DNA from: Cyanophyceae cyanobacterium
Lineage (GTDB): Bacteria; Cyanobacteriota; Cyanobacteriia; Cyanobacteriales; JBHJGN01
NCBI GenBank assembly: GCA_050331735.1
Contig: JBHJGN010000019.1
Coordinates: 80,169 to 144,168, forward strand
Direction: 5' to 3'
DNA: 64,000 nt
The position numbers were made by a program, and so were the translations under genes. Shown here piece by piece: positions 55,988 to 64,000 of this stretch (position 1 is its first letter; each line of letters opens with the position of its first letter). A model generated the notes under the pieces. It was given only the letters and a program-made list of their open reading frames with translations, had not been told where the DNA came from and ran no database searches.

Positions 55988-57124
55988 CTATTGCTCGAGT
56001 TCTTTCAGCAGCTCTTTAGAAATGACTCCATGTATTCCTTTGACAATATCTACTACTTGAGACACTTCATAATCGATCGCTGCGCTGCCAAGCAGGAGAG
56101 CATCTTGTTTAGTCAAGCCGTACTTGGTTTCGACAATTTCCAAAGATTCCCGAACCGCTTTCTTCATGGCCTCATCTAAATCCTCGTCTAAGCCAATGGA
56201 GAGCCAAGCTTGGGGCGTTTCTCCCATCGGAGAATCGAGCTGCATATCTTTGTGGACAATGAGCTGGAAAGTTGGAGTCAAAGAGCATTCAATGGCCGTC
56301 AGCGCCACTTCTCCGTTGCCTTGAGCGCAGTGGGGGTCGCCGCTGTAAAACAGTGCTCCTGGAACCTGCACCGGGAGATAGAGACTTGATGTTTCAACGA
56401 GGTGCTTAATATCGACATTGCCACCGTAGTTTCCCGGGGGAATAGAGTTGACGGCATCTTCTGGGTCGAAAGGAGCGACCCCCATAATTCCCATAAAGGG
56501 ATTGAGAGGAATTTCGATGTTTGGGCGATCATTAGCGGGGCGAAAGATGCCGACGCCTCGCTCGATATCCAACGGAATCACCTTGGTGTAAATTTCGGCA
56601 TCATTGACGGGATATTCTCCCGGTAAAGCTCCTTTACTGTGACGATTGGAGATCACGCCGTAGGGAACCCGATACTCAATGTCAAGGGTTTTGACCTCCA
56701 GCACATCTCCTGGTTCCGCCCCTTCAACATAGATAGGTCCGGTAATGACATGGGGACCGGGTGCCGTTCTTTCAATATTTTGCTTGACGGCAAGCTGATC
56801 GCCGAGAATCTCCTCTTCGGCAATGCCAGCCTTCGTAAAAAACTCCACCGTGTCTCCCTGATCCGGCAAAATTCCCTCATGAGAAACGGTTTCTAAAGTC
56901 ACAATCGCCCCCGACTCTACCCGCAGAATTGGTTCGCTGTCGGGCTTAAATAGCTCTCCCCAAATAACGTGATCTGGAGTAGACTGCACCATATAGGTTT
57001 CAGTCTGCTCAGATTGCCCCACGACAGGGGAAAAAGAACCAATAGCCCACAACAGCGTGGCGACTAATACCGTTCCTCCTAGCCACGACCACCGACGAAA
57101 CCGAAGCATGCGCAAATACTGCAT
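55988..57124 (-). CDS. Acetamidase/formamidase family protein, secreted
   Basis: ORF of 378 aa. The signal-like N-terminus is RRWSWLGGTVLVATLLWAIGSF. FmdA/AmdA-like blocks are GPIYVEGAEPGDVLEV and GGNVDIKHL. Confidence 0.8.
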   Translation of the reverse strand: MQYLRMLRFRRWSWLGGTVLVATLLWAIGSFSPVVGQSEQTETYMVQSTPDHVIWGELFKPDSEPILRVESGAIVTLETVSHEGILPDQGDTVEFFTKAGIAEEEILGDQLAVKQNIERTAPGPHVITGPIYVEGAEPGDVLEVKTLDIEYRVPYGVISNRHSKGALPGEYPVNDAEIYTKVIPLDIERGVGIFRPANDRPNIEIPLNPFMGIMGVAPFDPEDAVNSIPPGNYGGNVDIKHLVETSSLYLPVQVPGALFYSGDPHCAQGNGEVALTAIECSLTPTFQLIVHKDMQLDSPMGETPQAWLSIGLDEDLDEAMKKAVRESLEIVETKYGLTKQDALLLGSAAIDYEVSQVVDIVKGIHGVISKELLKELEQ

Positions 57125-57199
57125 AGATTAAGCTTTCTCTACACTCTAATGGTTAGAGAAAAGGGTAGAAGACTGTTGCCGATCGGTTTGTTGTCTAAA

Positions 57200-60100
57200 T
57201 CACAATTTCTTAAAAGGTTCTGCGGGTTTCTGCGGTGGGGAGACAGGCGGTAATATAGGTTGCTTCCTGGAACTTTGACTAGCTAAGTCATGGAGCAGCG
57301 TATAGAAACAAGGAATGATGAACAAGGTGAGGAGGGTTGCTAGGGCTAATCCAGAAAAGACGACAACCCCCAGAGGTTGCAAAAACTCTCCGCCCTGCCC
57401 TAAGCCCAAGGCTAGGGGAAACATGCCGACGACCGTCGTGATGGTGGTCATGAGAATGGGTCGTAGTCTTTGGGGGGCGGCTTGGAGAATAGCCGTTTGG
57501 CGATCGACCTGTTGGCGCTCTTGAATTTGATTAGCTAGCTCTACTAAGATAATCGCGTTATTGACGACGATGCCGACCAGTAAAACGGCTCCAACAATTA
57601 CCGTTGCCCCAATGGCCGTCTGGGTGAGAAATAGCCCCCAAATGCCCCCTGCTAAAGCTAAGGGAAGAGTCACCATAATCACGAGCGGATCGATGAGGGA
57701 ATTGTACTGAACCGCCATCACCACGAACACCAAAAAGGCAGCCAGCCCGCCCAAAACCGAGAGCGTTGACTGAATTTCTCGATTGCTCTGGGCCGCAGCG
57801 CTAGGGAGGCGACTGACTCCCTGGGGTAACTCAATCTCTTGAAAAATTTGCTTCAATTCCGCCAGGGCTGCTCCTAAACTAGCTCCTTCAGTGAGGTTAC
57901 CGGAAATGAGGAAGATCTGACGTTGGTTAATGCGCTGAATTTCCCCTGGGGCTTGCCCTGCTTCGATACGGGTCACGTCGCCCAGGCGAATGAGGCGATC
58001 GCTCTCCTCCACAAATACCGGAATTTGCGCTAGCTGAGACGGGCGACGAATGGCCTCTTCCTGAAGCTCGACCCGCACATCGACGAGGCGATCGCCCCGC
58101 TGGAGTTGAGTAGGAACGGACCCGGCGATCGCTGTCTCTAAGGTATTGCCAATATCTTGAATGTTTAAGTTAAGGTCAGCCGCCCGTTCTCGGTCGAGGC
58201 GAATCTGAATTTCAGACTGACGCGGATCGGCATCGGGCCGAAAGCTGGCTAGGCTGGCTCGCTGTTCTAGGGTTCGTAACACCTGCTGCCCGGCTCGTTC
58301 GAGAGTGGGAGCATCATCTCCTTGAAGAATGATGTCAACTTCTGCTCCCCGTGCGGGGGAATTGTTGAGAATCAAGCCTCGGACTTCACCCGGACTAAGA
58401 CGCAGGCGAATATCGACTAGATTGAGCTTGTCAAATTCTGCCGAGACCCGCGACACAAAAGCCTCAACGTCTGTATTGGGCTTGAGCATAATCGTGCTCG
58501 TGCCCCGCAGGGGGTTTTCGCTGGTGTTGCCGCCAAAAAGAAAGCCTCCAGAGGTCGTAAACACATACTCCGTCTCCGGCTGCGCGAGCAAAATTTCATC
58601 CACTTTGGCCATCACGCGGCGATTGGTCTCCAGCGGGGTTCCGGGGGGAAATTGAGCAAACAATCTTGCTTGTCCGGTATCAATGCGGGGTAAAATCTCT
58701 TGGGGAACTCGACCAACAACGAGCAGACTGCTGCCGCCGAGCAGTAAAAACGTGCAGGCAATGACCGCAATCCGCCTTTGTAAAACGTGTTTGAGCAGGA
58801 AAGCGTAGCGCCCAGTAGCCGCTGCAAATTGACGATTGAAAGCCTGCATGAACCCAAAACGCCCAACGGGACTCGTTCTGCGGATCGCCAGCAGCCGCGA
58901 AGCGAGCATGGGCACAACGGTAATCGCGATCAAAATTGAGGCGGCGATCGCAAAGCTAACGGTCAGCACCAGCTCGTTAAACAGTAGCGCAATAAACCCC
59001 CCAATGAGCAAGAACGGCAAAACAGCAACTAAATTAGTGCTGGTAGCAGCTACGAGAGCCGATTCCACCTCTTGAGAGCTAGAGATGGAGCGCTGAATGA
59101 GCTGCTGGGCATTAAGGCGCGTTTTCGCATCCCGGCCTGGAGTCATCCCCGCGCTTTCGGCAATATTTTCGAGCATGACAATGGAGTTATCGACCACAAT
59201 GCCCACGCCAACGGCTAATCCGCCCAGGCTGAATACGTTTAAGGACAGGCCAAACAGCTTCATAAAGATAATTGCCGTTAGAGCAGCCAGCGGAATGGCC
59301 AGCACCACAATGGCCGTTTGCCGCAGCGAACCGAGAAACAGCAGCACCGAGAGCGCCGCTAGGGCAGCGCCCGCTACACCAGCATTGGTCACGTTGGCGA
59401 TCGCATTGCGAATAAAGATCGATTCATCCAGAGTCGCCACCAGTTCCATGTCGGCGGGAACTACCCCAGCCTGACGGAGCTGTTCGAGGCGCTGTTTAAC
59501 GCCCTCAACAACCTCAATCGTATTCGCTTCAGGCTGCTTTTGAATACTGACTTTCACCGCCGGTTGTCCGTTCAGAAACACAAAAATCCGCTGGTTTGCT
59601 TGACCGTCGATGACTTGAGCAAAGTCCCGCAAATAGACCCGACGACGTAACGGGAATGAATTGTTTTCCGCGCCTGCTGCCGACTCTACTTCAAAGGAGA
59701 GGTCGAGAATTTCCTCGGCATCCTGAAAGCGACCAACTGCCCGGGTGAGAGGTTCGGCAAGCTCTCCTAAAATTCGCCCGCCAGAAATATCTTGATTGGT
59801 TTCTTCTAATTCAGTGAGAACCTCATTTAACCCCACCCCCAAAGCTTGCAGGCGACTGAGGTCAATTAACACCCTCACTTCTTCTTCACCCCCTCCCGAA
59901 ACGTCTACCACAGCCACTCCCTCAACGACTCCCAGTTCCCGCGCTAATTCCTCATCTGCAAACACGCGCAACTGTAATGGCTCTAAAGAACGAGAGGTCA
60001 GCGCCAGTTCGTAAACGGGGAGTTGAGACGGATCGAACTTAAACAGCCTCGGATCTTCAATGATATCGGGCAGATTCGAGCGCGCTCGATTAAAAGCAGC

Positions 60101-60448
60101 CGTGGCATCATTTAAAGCCTGGTCAACATCGCCCCCCGGTTCAAAATAGAGATCGATGCTGATTCGTCCTTCACGAGTTTGCGAAAAAATTTGGACCACC
60201 CCCTCTGTGGCAGCCAGTCCCTCCTCAAGGGGGCGAGTGATTTCATCAACGGCGACTTCCGGCGATACCCCAGGAGCGCTCAACCGCAAGCCGATACGGG
60301 GATAGGTAATCGAGGGGAGCAGGTCTACCTGAATGTTAAATAGAAAAAATACTCCAATCACGATCGCCGCGAGAGTAAGCATCAGAGTCCCGATATGCTG
60401 GCGAATCGCAACTGCACTGATACTAAATGGGGTCGTTGGAGGTTTCAT
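57200..60448 (-). CDS. RND efflux transporter permease (AcrB/HAE1-type)
   Basis: ORF of 1082 aa with 12-TM RND architecture and two large periplasmic loops. A typical motif is GIVVDNSIVMLENI. Confidence 0.92.
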   Translation of the reverse strand: MKPPTTPFSISAVAIRQHIGTLMLTLAAIVIGVFFLFNIQVDLLPSITYPRIGLRLSAPGVSPEVAVDEITRPLEEGLAATEGVVQIFSQTREGRISIDLYFEPGGDVDQALNDATAAFNRARSNLPDIIEDPRLFKFDPSQLPVYELALTSRSLEPLQLRVFADEELARELGVVEGVAVVDVSGGGEEEVRVLIDLSRLQALGVGLNEVLTELEETNQDISGGRILGELAEPLTRAVGRFQDAEEILDLSFEVESAAGAENNSFPLRRRVYLRDFAQVIDGQANQRIFVFLNGQPAVKVSIQKQPEANTIEVVEGVKQRLEQLRQAGVVPADMELVATLDESIFIRNAIANVTNAGVAGAALAALSVLLFLGSLRQTAIVVLAIPLAALTAIIFMKLFGLSLNVFSLGGLAVGVGIVVDNSIVMLENIAESAGMTPGRDAKTRLNAQQLIQRSISSSQEVESALVAATSTNLVAVLPFLLIGGFIALLFNELVLTVSFAIAASILIAITVVPMLASRLLAIRRTSPVGRFGFMQAFNRQFAAATGRYAFLLKHVLQRRIAVIACTFLLLGGSSLLVVGRVPQEILPRIDTGQARLFAQFPPGTPLETNRRVMAKVDEILLAQPETEYVFTTSGGFLFGGNTSENPLRGTSTIMLKPNTDVEAFVSRVSAEFDKLNLVDIRLRLSPGEVRGLILNNSPARGAEVDIILQGDDAPTLERAGQQVLRTLEQRASLASFRPDADPRQSEIQIRLDRERAADLNLNIQDIGNTLETAIAGSVPTQLQRGDRLVDVRVELQEEAIRRPSQLAQIPVFVEESDRLIRLGDVTRIEAGQAPGEIQRINQRQIFLISGNLTEGASLGAALAELKQIFQEIELPQGVSRLPSAAAQSNREIQSTLSVLGGLAAFLVFVVMAVQYNSLIDPLVIMVTLPLALAGGIWGLFLTQTAIGATVIVGAVLLVGIVVNNAIILVELANQIQERQQVDRQTAILQAAPQRLRPILMTTITTVVGMFPLALGLGQGGEFLQPLGVVVFSGLALATLLTLFIIPCFYTLLHDLASQSSRKQPILPPVSPPQKPAEPFKKL

Positions 60449-60466
60449 CGATCGAGCGTTATCAAC

Positions 60467-61810
60467 TTAAGATTGGGTTTCGGAGATGAAGCTGAGGCGA
60501 ACTGGCTCACCATCTTGTAATGCACCACTGCTGCGCACAACAAATTCCTCTCCCGGCTCTAGTCCAGACAGAATTTCTACCCGAGAGTTGGCGCGATCGC
60601 CAAGCTCTACCGAACGGGCAATGACGGTCGCTTGCTCTCCCTGGCGCTGGAGGACAAAGACAGTGCCTTCTGAATCTTGGGTTCCCTCTGACGCGATCTC
60701 AACCGCTGTTTCAGGAACGACGATGGCTTGAGCGTCTGGCTGACCAAAACTGACCCGCGCTAGCAGTCCGCTGCCGATCCGCCGATCGACGTTGGGAATC
60801 GTTACCTCCACCGGAATCAAGCGGGCTGTCGCATCAGCAGCCAGAGAAATTTGGCTGACTGTTCCAGTTAATAATTGCTCGGGGAAGGCATCTAAGCGAA
60901 CCTGGGCCGACTGTCCGACCCGCACCTCTGCTAGCTCTAGTTCTGAAACCTGCACCCGCACCTCAATTTGGCTAAAATCCCCTAGCCGCAGAATTTCACT
61001 ACCGGGCTGAGCTAAATCTCCTGGTTCTAAAACTCTCTCTAGCACCGAACCAGTGACGGGAGAAGTGAGCACCGTAAAAGACTGTCTTTGTTGCTCTTGG
61101 TTGACCAAAGCTTGCTGGGCGGCAACGCGGCGCTGGGCAGCGACAACGGCGGCGGAGCGAGTTTGCACTTGCTGCTGGGCAGAGCGCAGGGCTTGTTCGG
61201 CTGTTCCTACCGCCGTTGTGGCTAATTCTGCTTCCTGTTCGGCAACGGCTCCCTGCGCGAAGAGCTGGTTTAGTCTGGCCGCATCAGACTGCGCCTGCTG
61301 AAGTTCCAGCCGCGCCTGTTCAACTTGAGCGCGGGCCTCGTTGACATCTGCCTGGAGGCTAGCAACTTCTGATTGACGGGCAGCCACCTCGGCTTGGGCC
61401 TCCGCCACCGCAGCCGTTGAGAGTGAGTCGTCGATGCGGGCGAGTACCTGACCTCGCTCGATGCGATCGCCCCCATCAACGGTCACCGCTAGCAATTGTC
61501 CTTCAATTTGCGATCGCAGGGAAATCTCCCGCACCGGAAACGTCGTGCCAACATACTCCGTCTCTGGCCCCAGCGAGCCTTGGCGAGCAACGGCCACATC
61601 AACCGAGGCCGCCGCTGATCGCTCGGACCCTCTTCCGAGTCGGTCGGCACCGGAGCCTTCGTCCCCTGAACTTTGAGCCTCTCCCGGGGGCAACAGATCG
61701 CACCCCGCTGCTAACAGCAGCAATCCCGGTAAAATCATCAGCCGCCGTCCCCATGCCAAGTTGAATGGCCCTTTACTAGACTGAGGAGCAAAAAGCCTAA
61801 GTAACATCAT
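60467..61810 (-). CDS. RND efflux periplasmic adaptor (membrane fusion protein), lipoprotein
   Basis: ORF of 447 aa. It has the lipobox LLLLAAGC, a coiled-coil hairpin rich in A/Q/E, and barrel domains. It lies 18 nt upstream of the permease. Confidence 0.88.
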   Translation of the reverse strand: MMLLRLFAPQSSKGPFNLAWGRRLMILPGLLLLAAGCDLLPPGEAQSSGDEGSGADRLGRGSERSAAASVDVAVARQGSLGPETEYVGTTFPVREISLRSQIEGQLLAVTVDGGDRIERGQVLARIDDSLSTAAVAEAQAEVAARQSEVASLQADVNEARAQVEQARLELQQAQSDAARLNQLFAQGAVAEQEAELATTAVGTAEQALRSAQQQVQTRSAAVVAAQRRVAAQQALVNQEQQRQSFTVLTSPVTGSVLERVLEPGDLAQPGSEILRLGDFSQIEVRVQVSELELAEVRVGQSAQVRLDAFPEQLLTGTVSQISLAADATARLIPVEVTIPNVDRRIGSGLLARVSFGQPDAQAIVVPETAVEIASEGTQDSEGTVFVLQRQGEQATVIARSVELGDRANSRVEILSGLEPGEEFVVRSSGALQDGEPVRLSFISETQS

Positions 61811-61996
61811 TTCAGTGAAATTGAGAAAGGTAGCAGCGCTTTAAATTGATCGCTAGTTCAAGTCTAAATATTAAAAAATATTAAAGATTCAGTGTAGCAG
61901 AAAATATGGGAATGAGCTGTTTTTGATTGACTCAGTGAGGAGGCGATCGCCGACGCTCGGAAATATGGCCCGACCATTTCACGCATAGGTCGTCGG

Positions 61997-62317
61997 CTAC
62001 TTGATAGGCTCGCCCCAGTTCTCTTGGTCAATGAACTTCACTTTGCCAAACTCTTTATCCTCGACCTGGCCACAGAATAGACATTCTGCGGTTAGCTGTT
62101 CGGCTCGATCTTTGACAACAGTTGTAGACAAATCGACTATTTTGATCCAGCCTTGGTAACTATCAATGGGAGTATTGTCAACGGCCTGAAAGCCATCGGC
62201 ATCAACATCGTCTGGAGATTGATACCCTGGAGCTAACGGATACGCGACCATTCCCTCCTCTTGAGACACTAAAACCCAAAGCGTCTTCGATGAATAGTTT
62301 TTGACTTGTCCGTTCAT
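61997..62317 (-). CDS. Hypothetical protein
   Basis: ORF of 106 aa with an ATG start. No motif recognised. Confidence 0.45.
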   Translation of the reverse strand: MNGQVKNYSSKTLWVLVSQEEGMVAYPLAPGYQSPDDVDADGFQAVDNTPIDSYQGWIKIVDLSTTVVKDRAEQLTAECLFCGQVEDKEFGKVKFIDQENWGEPIK

Positions 62318-62328
62318 TCAAGTACCGC

Positions 62329-62763
62329 GTGAGCAAAAATTTCATGTCAACCTTAGCCTTAATATCATTAGTTAGCTACAGTTGTGTCGCATTTGGCTTG
62401 ATAGTTTTTGGGTTGATTTATTCAACACGAAACCAATTTATGCCCTATCACAGCAAGGCAATTAGCCTGTCTTGGTCTGAGCTTGAAGAAAATATGCAGG
62501 TACTAATTATTGCTTTAATGAGAGCCTCAGGGGGAGGGTTTTTAGCCACGGGGTTGGCCATGCTGATCTTGCTGATGATTCCTTGGAGGGCTAGAGATAC
62601 CTGGTCGCTCTATGCCGTTCCGGCGCTCGGTCTTTGTACTTCGTTGGGAACTCTGTCTGCAACACAATTGGTAAAAACGAGAACCCCAGGAACGCCGCCA
62701 GTTTTCCTGAGTTTGATGGCTCTGGGACTGACTTTAGTCGGGTTCATTTTTTCTCTTGTTTAA
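62329..62763 (+). CDS. Hypothetical membrane protein (about 4 TM)
   Basis: ORF of 144 aa (GTG at 62329, alternative ATG at 62344) with four hydrophobic segments. Confidence 0.55.
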   Translation: MSKNFMSTLALISLVSYSCVAFGLIVFGLIYSTRNQFMPYHSKAISLSWSELEENMQVLIIALMRASGGGFLATGLAMLILLMIPWRARDTWSLYAVPALGLCTSLGTLSATQLVKTRTPGTPPVFLSLMALGLTLVGFIFSLV

Positions 62764-62771
62764 CGCAGGAC

Positions 62772-63920
62772 TTACACTTGAAAGTCGATTAAGCCGACGT
62801 CTTCTCCTGCGGCCCAATGAGCAAAGTGCCGCGCGAGGGGGGGAGCAAAGACTAACGTACTGGTAAATCCAGAAAATAAATGCACTCCGCTAAAGTTGGC
62901 GATCGCTCCCACTAACGGACGAGAACGAGGTGCAAAAGCCACTAGACAGCTCTGAAGAGTTCCTGGTAAATTTGAAAGAGAAGGAAGTATGGTTGCTATT
63001 CCTGTACGAATTTTCTCTTCGCAAGCTGCCGCATCAATAGCAGCGTGGGGATCGCTCAGCGCTTGACTAATTTGACCCAGACAAAAGGTGCCGTCTACAA
63101 ACTGAATGGCTCCTGGATCGAGAATAGGCGGAACCAGTTCGCGACTAGCAGCATCCCACTCTGATTGGGAGCTAGCCTGTTCTTCTAAGGCAAACCGTTG
63201 CAAAACAGCAGGCATGACGAGAGTGCGTAGCTCAATTGCTGCTGGAGGAGTCATAATCACCTGTTCGTGGGTAAAGTAAACAGGCACGTCAATTCCTGCG
63301 GCCTTTAGTAGGGAGCGGCTTAACCCGCCAGCACAGATCGCCGTGTTCGCCGCACAGTAAGACTGACTAGGAGTTCTCACTCCCTGCACTGACTGTCTCT
63401 GGTGCAGCAGCTCGACCACTGGCTCAATTTTGAATTCCCCACCAGCCCGTTCAAATGCTTGCAGGTAGGCGGCGGTTGTCTTGTGGGCATTAATGTGTCC
63501 GTGAGGAAGATGCAGCGCTCCAGCGATCGCTTTGGGGTTGAGTAAAGGCTCTAGTTCGCAGGCTTCCTTAATATTCAGTAAGCGAGGAGGAATGGCAAAC
63601 TGCTCATAGCTGTTGGCAACAGCTTGCGGATCGTCTTCTGTGTTAATTGTCAATAGCAGCTCGAGTTCTCGAAACTCCGTATCTGCTTCCAGTTCTGCCG
63701 AGAGCTGACGGTGAAGCTCAATGCCTTCGGCACACAACTGGCGACTGAGGGCGGTGGTTCCAGACCAGTAGGCAAGACCCCCGTAGCTATAGAGCGTGGC
63801 GTTGTCTGGTTGGACATTCTTTTCCAGCAGCAGCACCTGAAACCCTTTTTGAGCTAGCTCATACCCTAAAGCAGCGCCAGTAATCCCGCCACCAACAACA
63901 ATCCAATCGTAGTGAGTCAT
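62772..63920 (-). CDS. FAD-dependent oxidoreductase (DAO family)
   Basis: ORF of 382 aa with the N-terminal dinucleotide fold YDWIVVGGGITGAALGYELAQKG. Confidence 0.85.
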   Translation of the reverse strand: MTHYDWIVVGGGITGAALGYELAQKGFQVLLLEKNVQPDNATLYSYGGLAYWSGTTALSRQLCAEGIELHRQLSAELEADTEFRELELLLTINTEDDPQAVANSYEQFAIPPRLLNIKEACELEPLLNPKAIAGALHLPHGHINAHKTTAAYLQAFERAGGEFKIEPVVELLHQRQSVQGVRTPSQSYCAANTAICAGGLSRSLLKAAGIDVPVYFTHEQVIMTPPAAIELRTLVMPAVLQRFALEEQASSQSEWDAASRELVPPILDPGAIQFVDGTFCLGQISQALSDPHAAIDAAACEEKIRTGIATILPSLSNLPGTLQSCLVAFAPRSRPLVGAIANFSGVHLFSGFTSTLVFAPPLARHFAHWAAGEDVGLIDFQV

Positions 63921-64000
63921 AGTTTTGCTTGCGATTGCTAGCTACATTATGGCCTGATTCAAGCGATGTCCGAGCCTTCACAGCCGTCCACCGTTGCTAG

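Noticed and set aside
57315-61764. Numerous 60-125-aa ORFs inside and antisense to the RND permease and adaptor genes
   Set aside because: These are GC-rich shadow frames within two long, motif-supported genes.
61997-62344. Divergent genes only 11 nt apart (62317 versus 62329) as a sign of a bidirectional regulatory element
   Set aside because: This is probably a start-codon artefact. The plus gene can start at the ATG at 62344, and neither product is identifiable, so nothing firm can be said.
63966-64000. Possible start of another gene (ATG at 63966, MSEPSQPSTVA...)
   Set aside because: Only 11 codons are visible before the window ends, so it cannot be supported.
1-64000. tRNA, rRNA, tmRNA and RNase P RNA genes
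   Set aside because: I scanned spacers for T-loop (GGTTCGAATCC-like) and other hallmark strings and saw none. A tRNAscan or cmscan run would be needed to exclude them formally.

Overview
This window looks like a cyanobacterial chromosome segment. The HIP1 octamer GCGATCGC is frequent, and STRR-like heptamer repeats and typical cyanobacterial genes are present (Tic20, DUF29, DUF4278, AvaK/DUF2382, GlgP). I found no rRNA, tRNA or CRISPR array by eye. Most of the window is housekeeping and sensory genes: glgP, glyA, aroQ, rpsF, lnt, cinA, rbsK, an EF-G paralog, an RND efflux pair, and several histidine kinases and response regulators.

The best-supported system is at 50.17-54.4 kb. A ykkC/guanidine-I riboswitch with an overlapping intrinsic terminator precedes an arginase-family hydrolase. 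That is followed by HypA-like and HypB-like nickel chaperones and a sodium:solute symporter. This matches the Ni-dependent guanidine hydrolase module GdmH/GhaA/GhaB. The symporter is a candidate guanidine or urea transporter.

The most unusual unexplained signal is a dispersed, modular intergenic repeat family at 8 or more loci. Its unit is a 5-bp stem / 3-nt loop hairpin fused to a GGGGAAAGG-type purine tract. The stems covary, the elements have G-rich and C-rich inverted arms, and the purine tracts have G-quadruplex potential. Inverted copies bracket a GT4 gene, and one copy sits inside the guanidine operon.

Other points of interest:
- A catalytically dead ClpP paralog lies downstream of an ArsR-SRPBCC-nucleotidyltransferase set, with a clpP-like relic nearby.
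- A large-serine-recombinase-like gene has a degenerate catalytic N-terminus.
- A stress-protein island carries MscS, GlsB and three DUF2382 genes.
- Gene relics are numerous: IS1, LysE, LysR, NhaC, a beta-helix/PEP-CTERM protein and a TIGR03032-like fragment.
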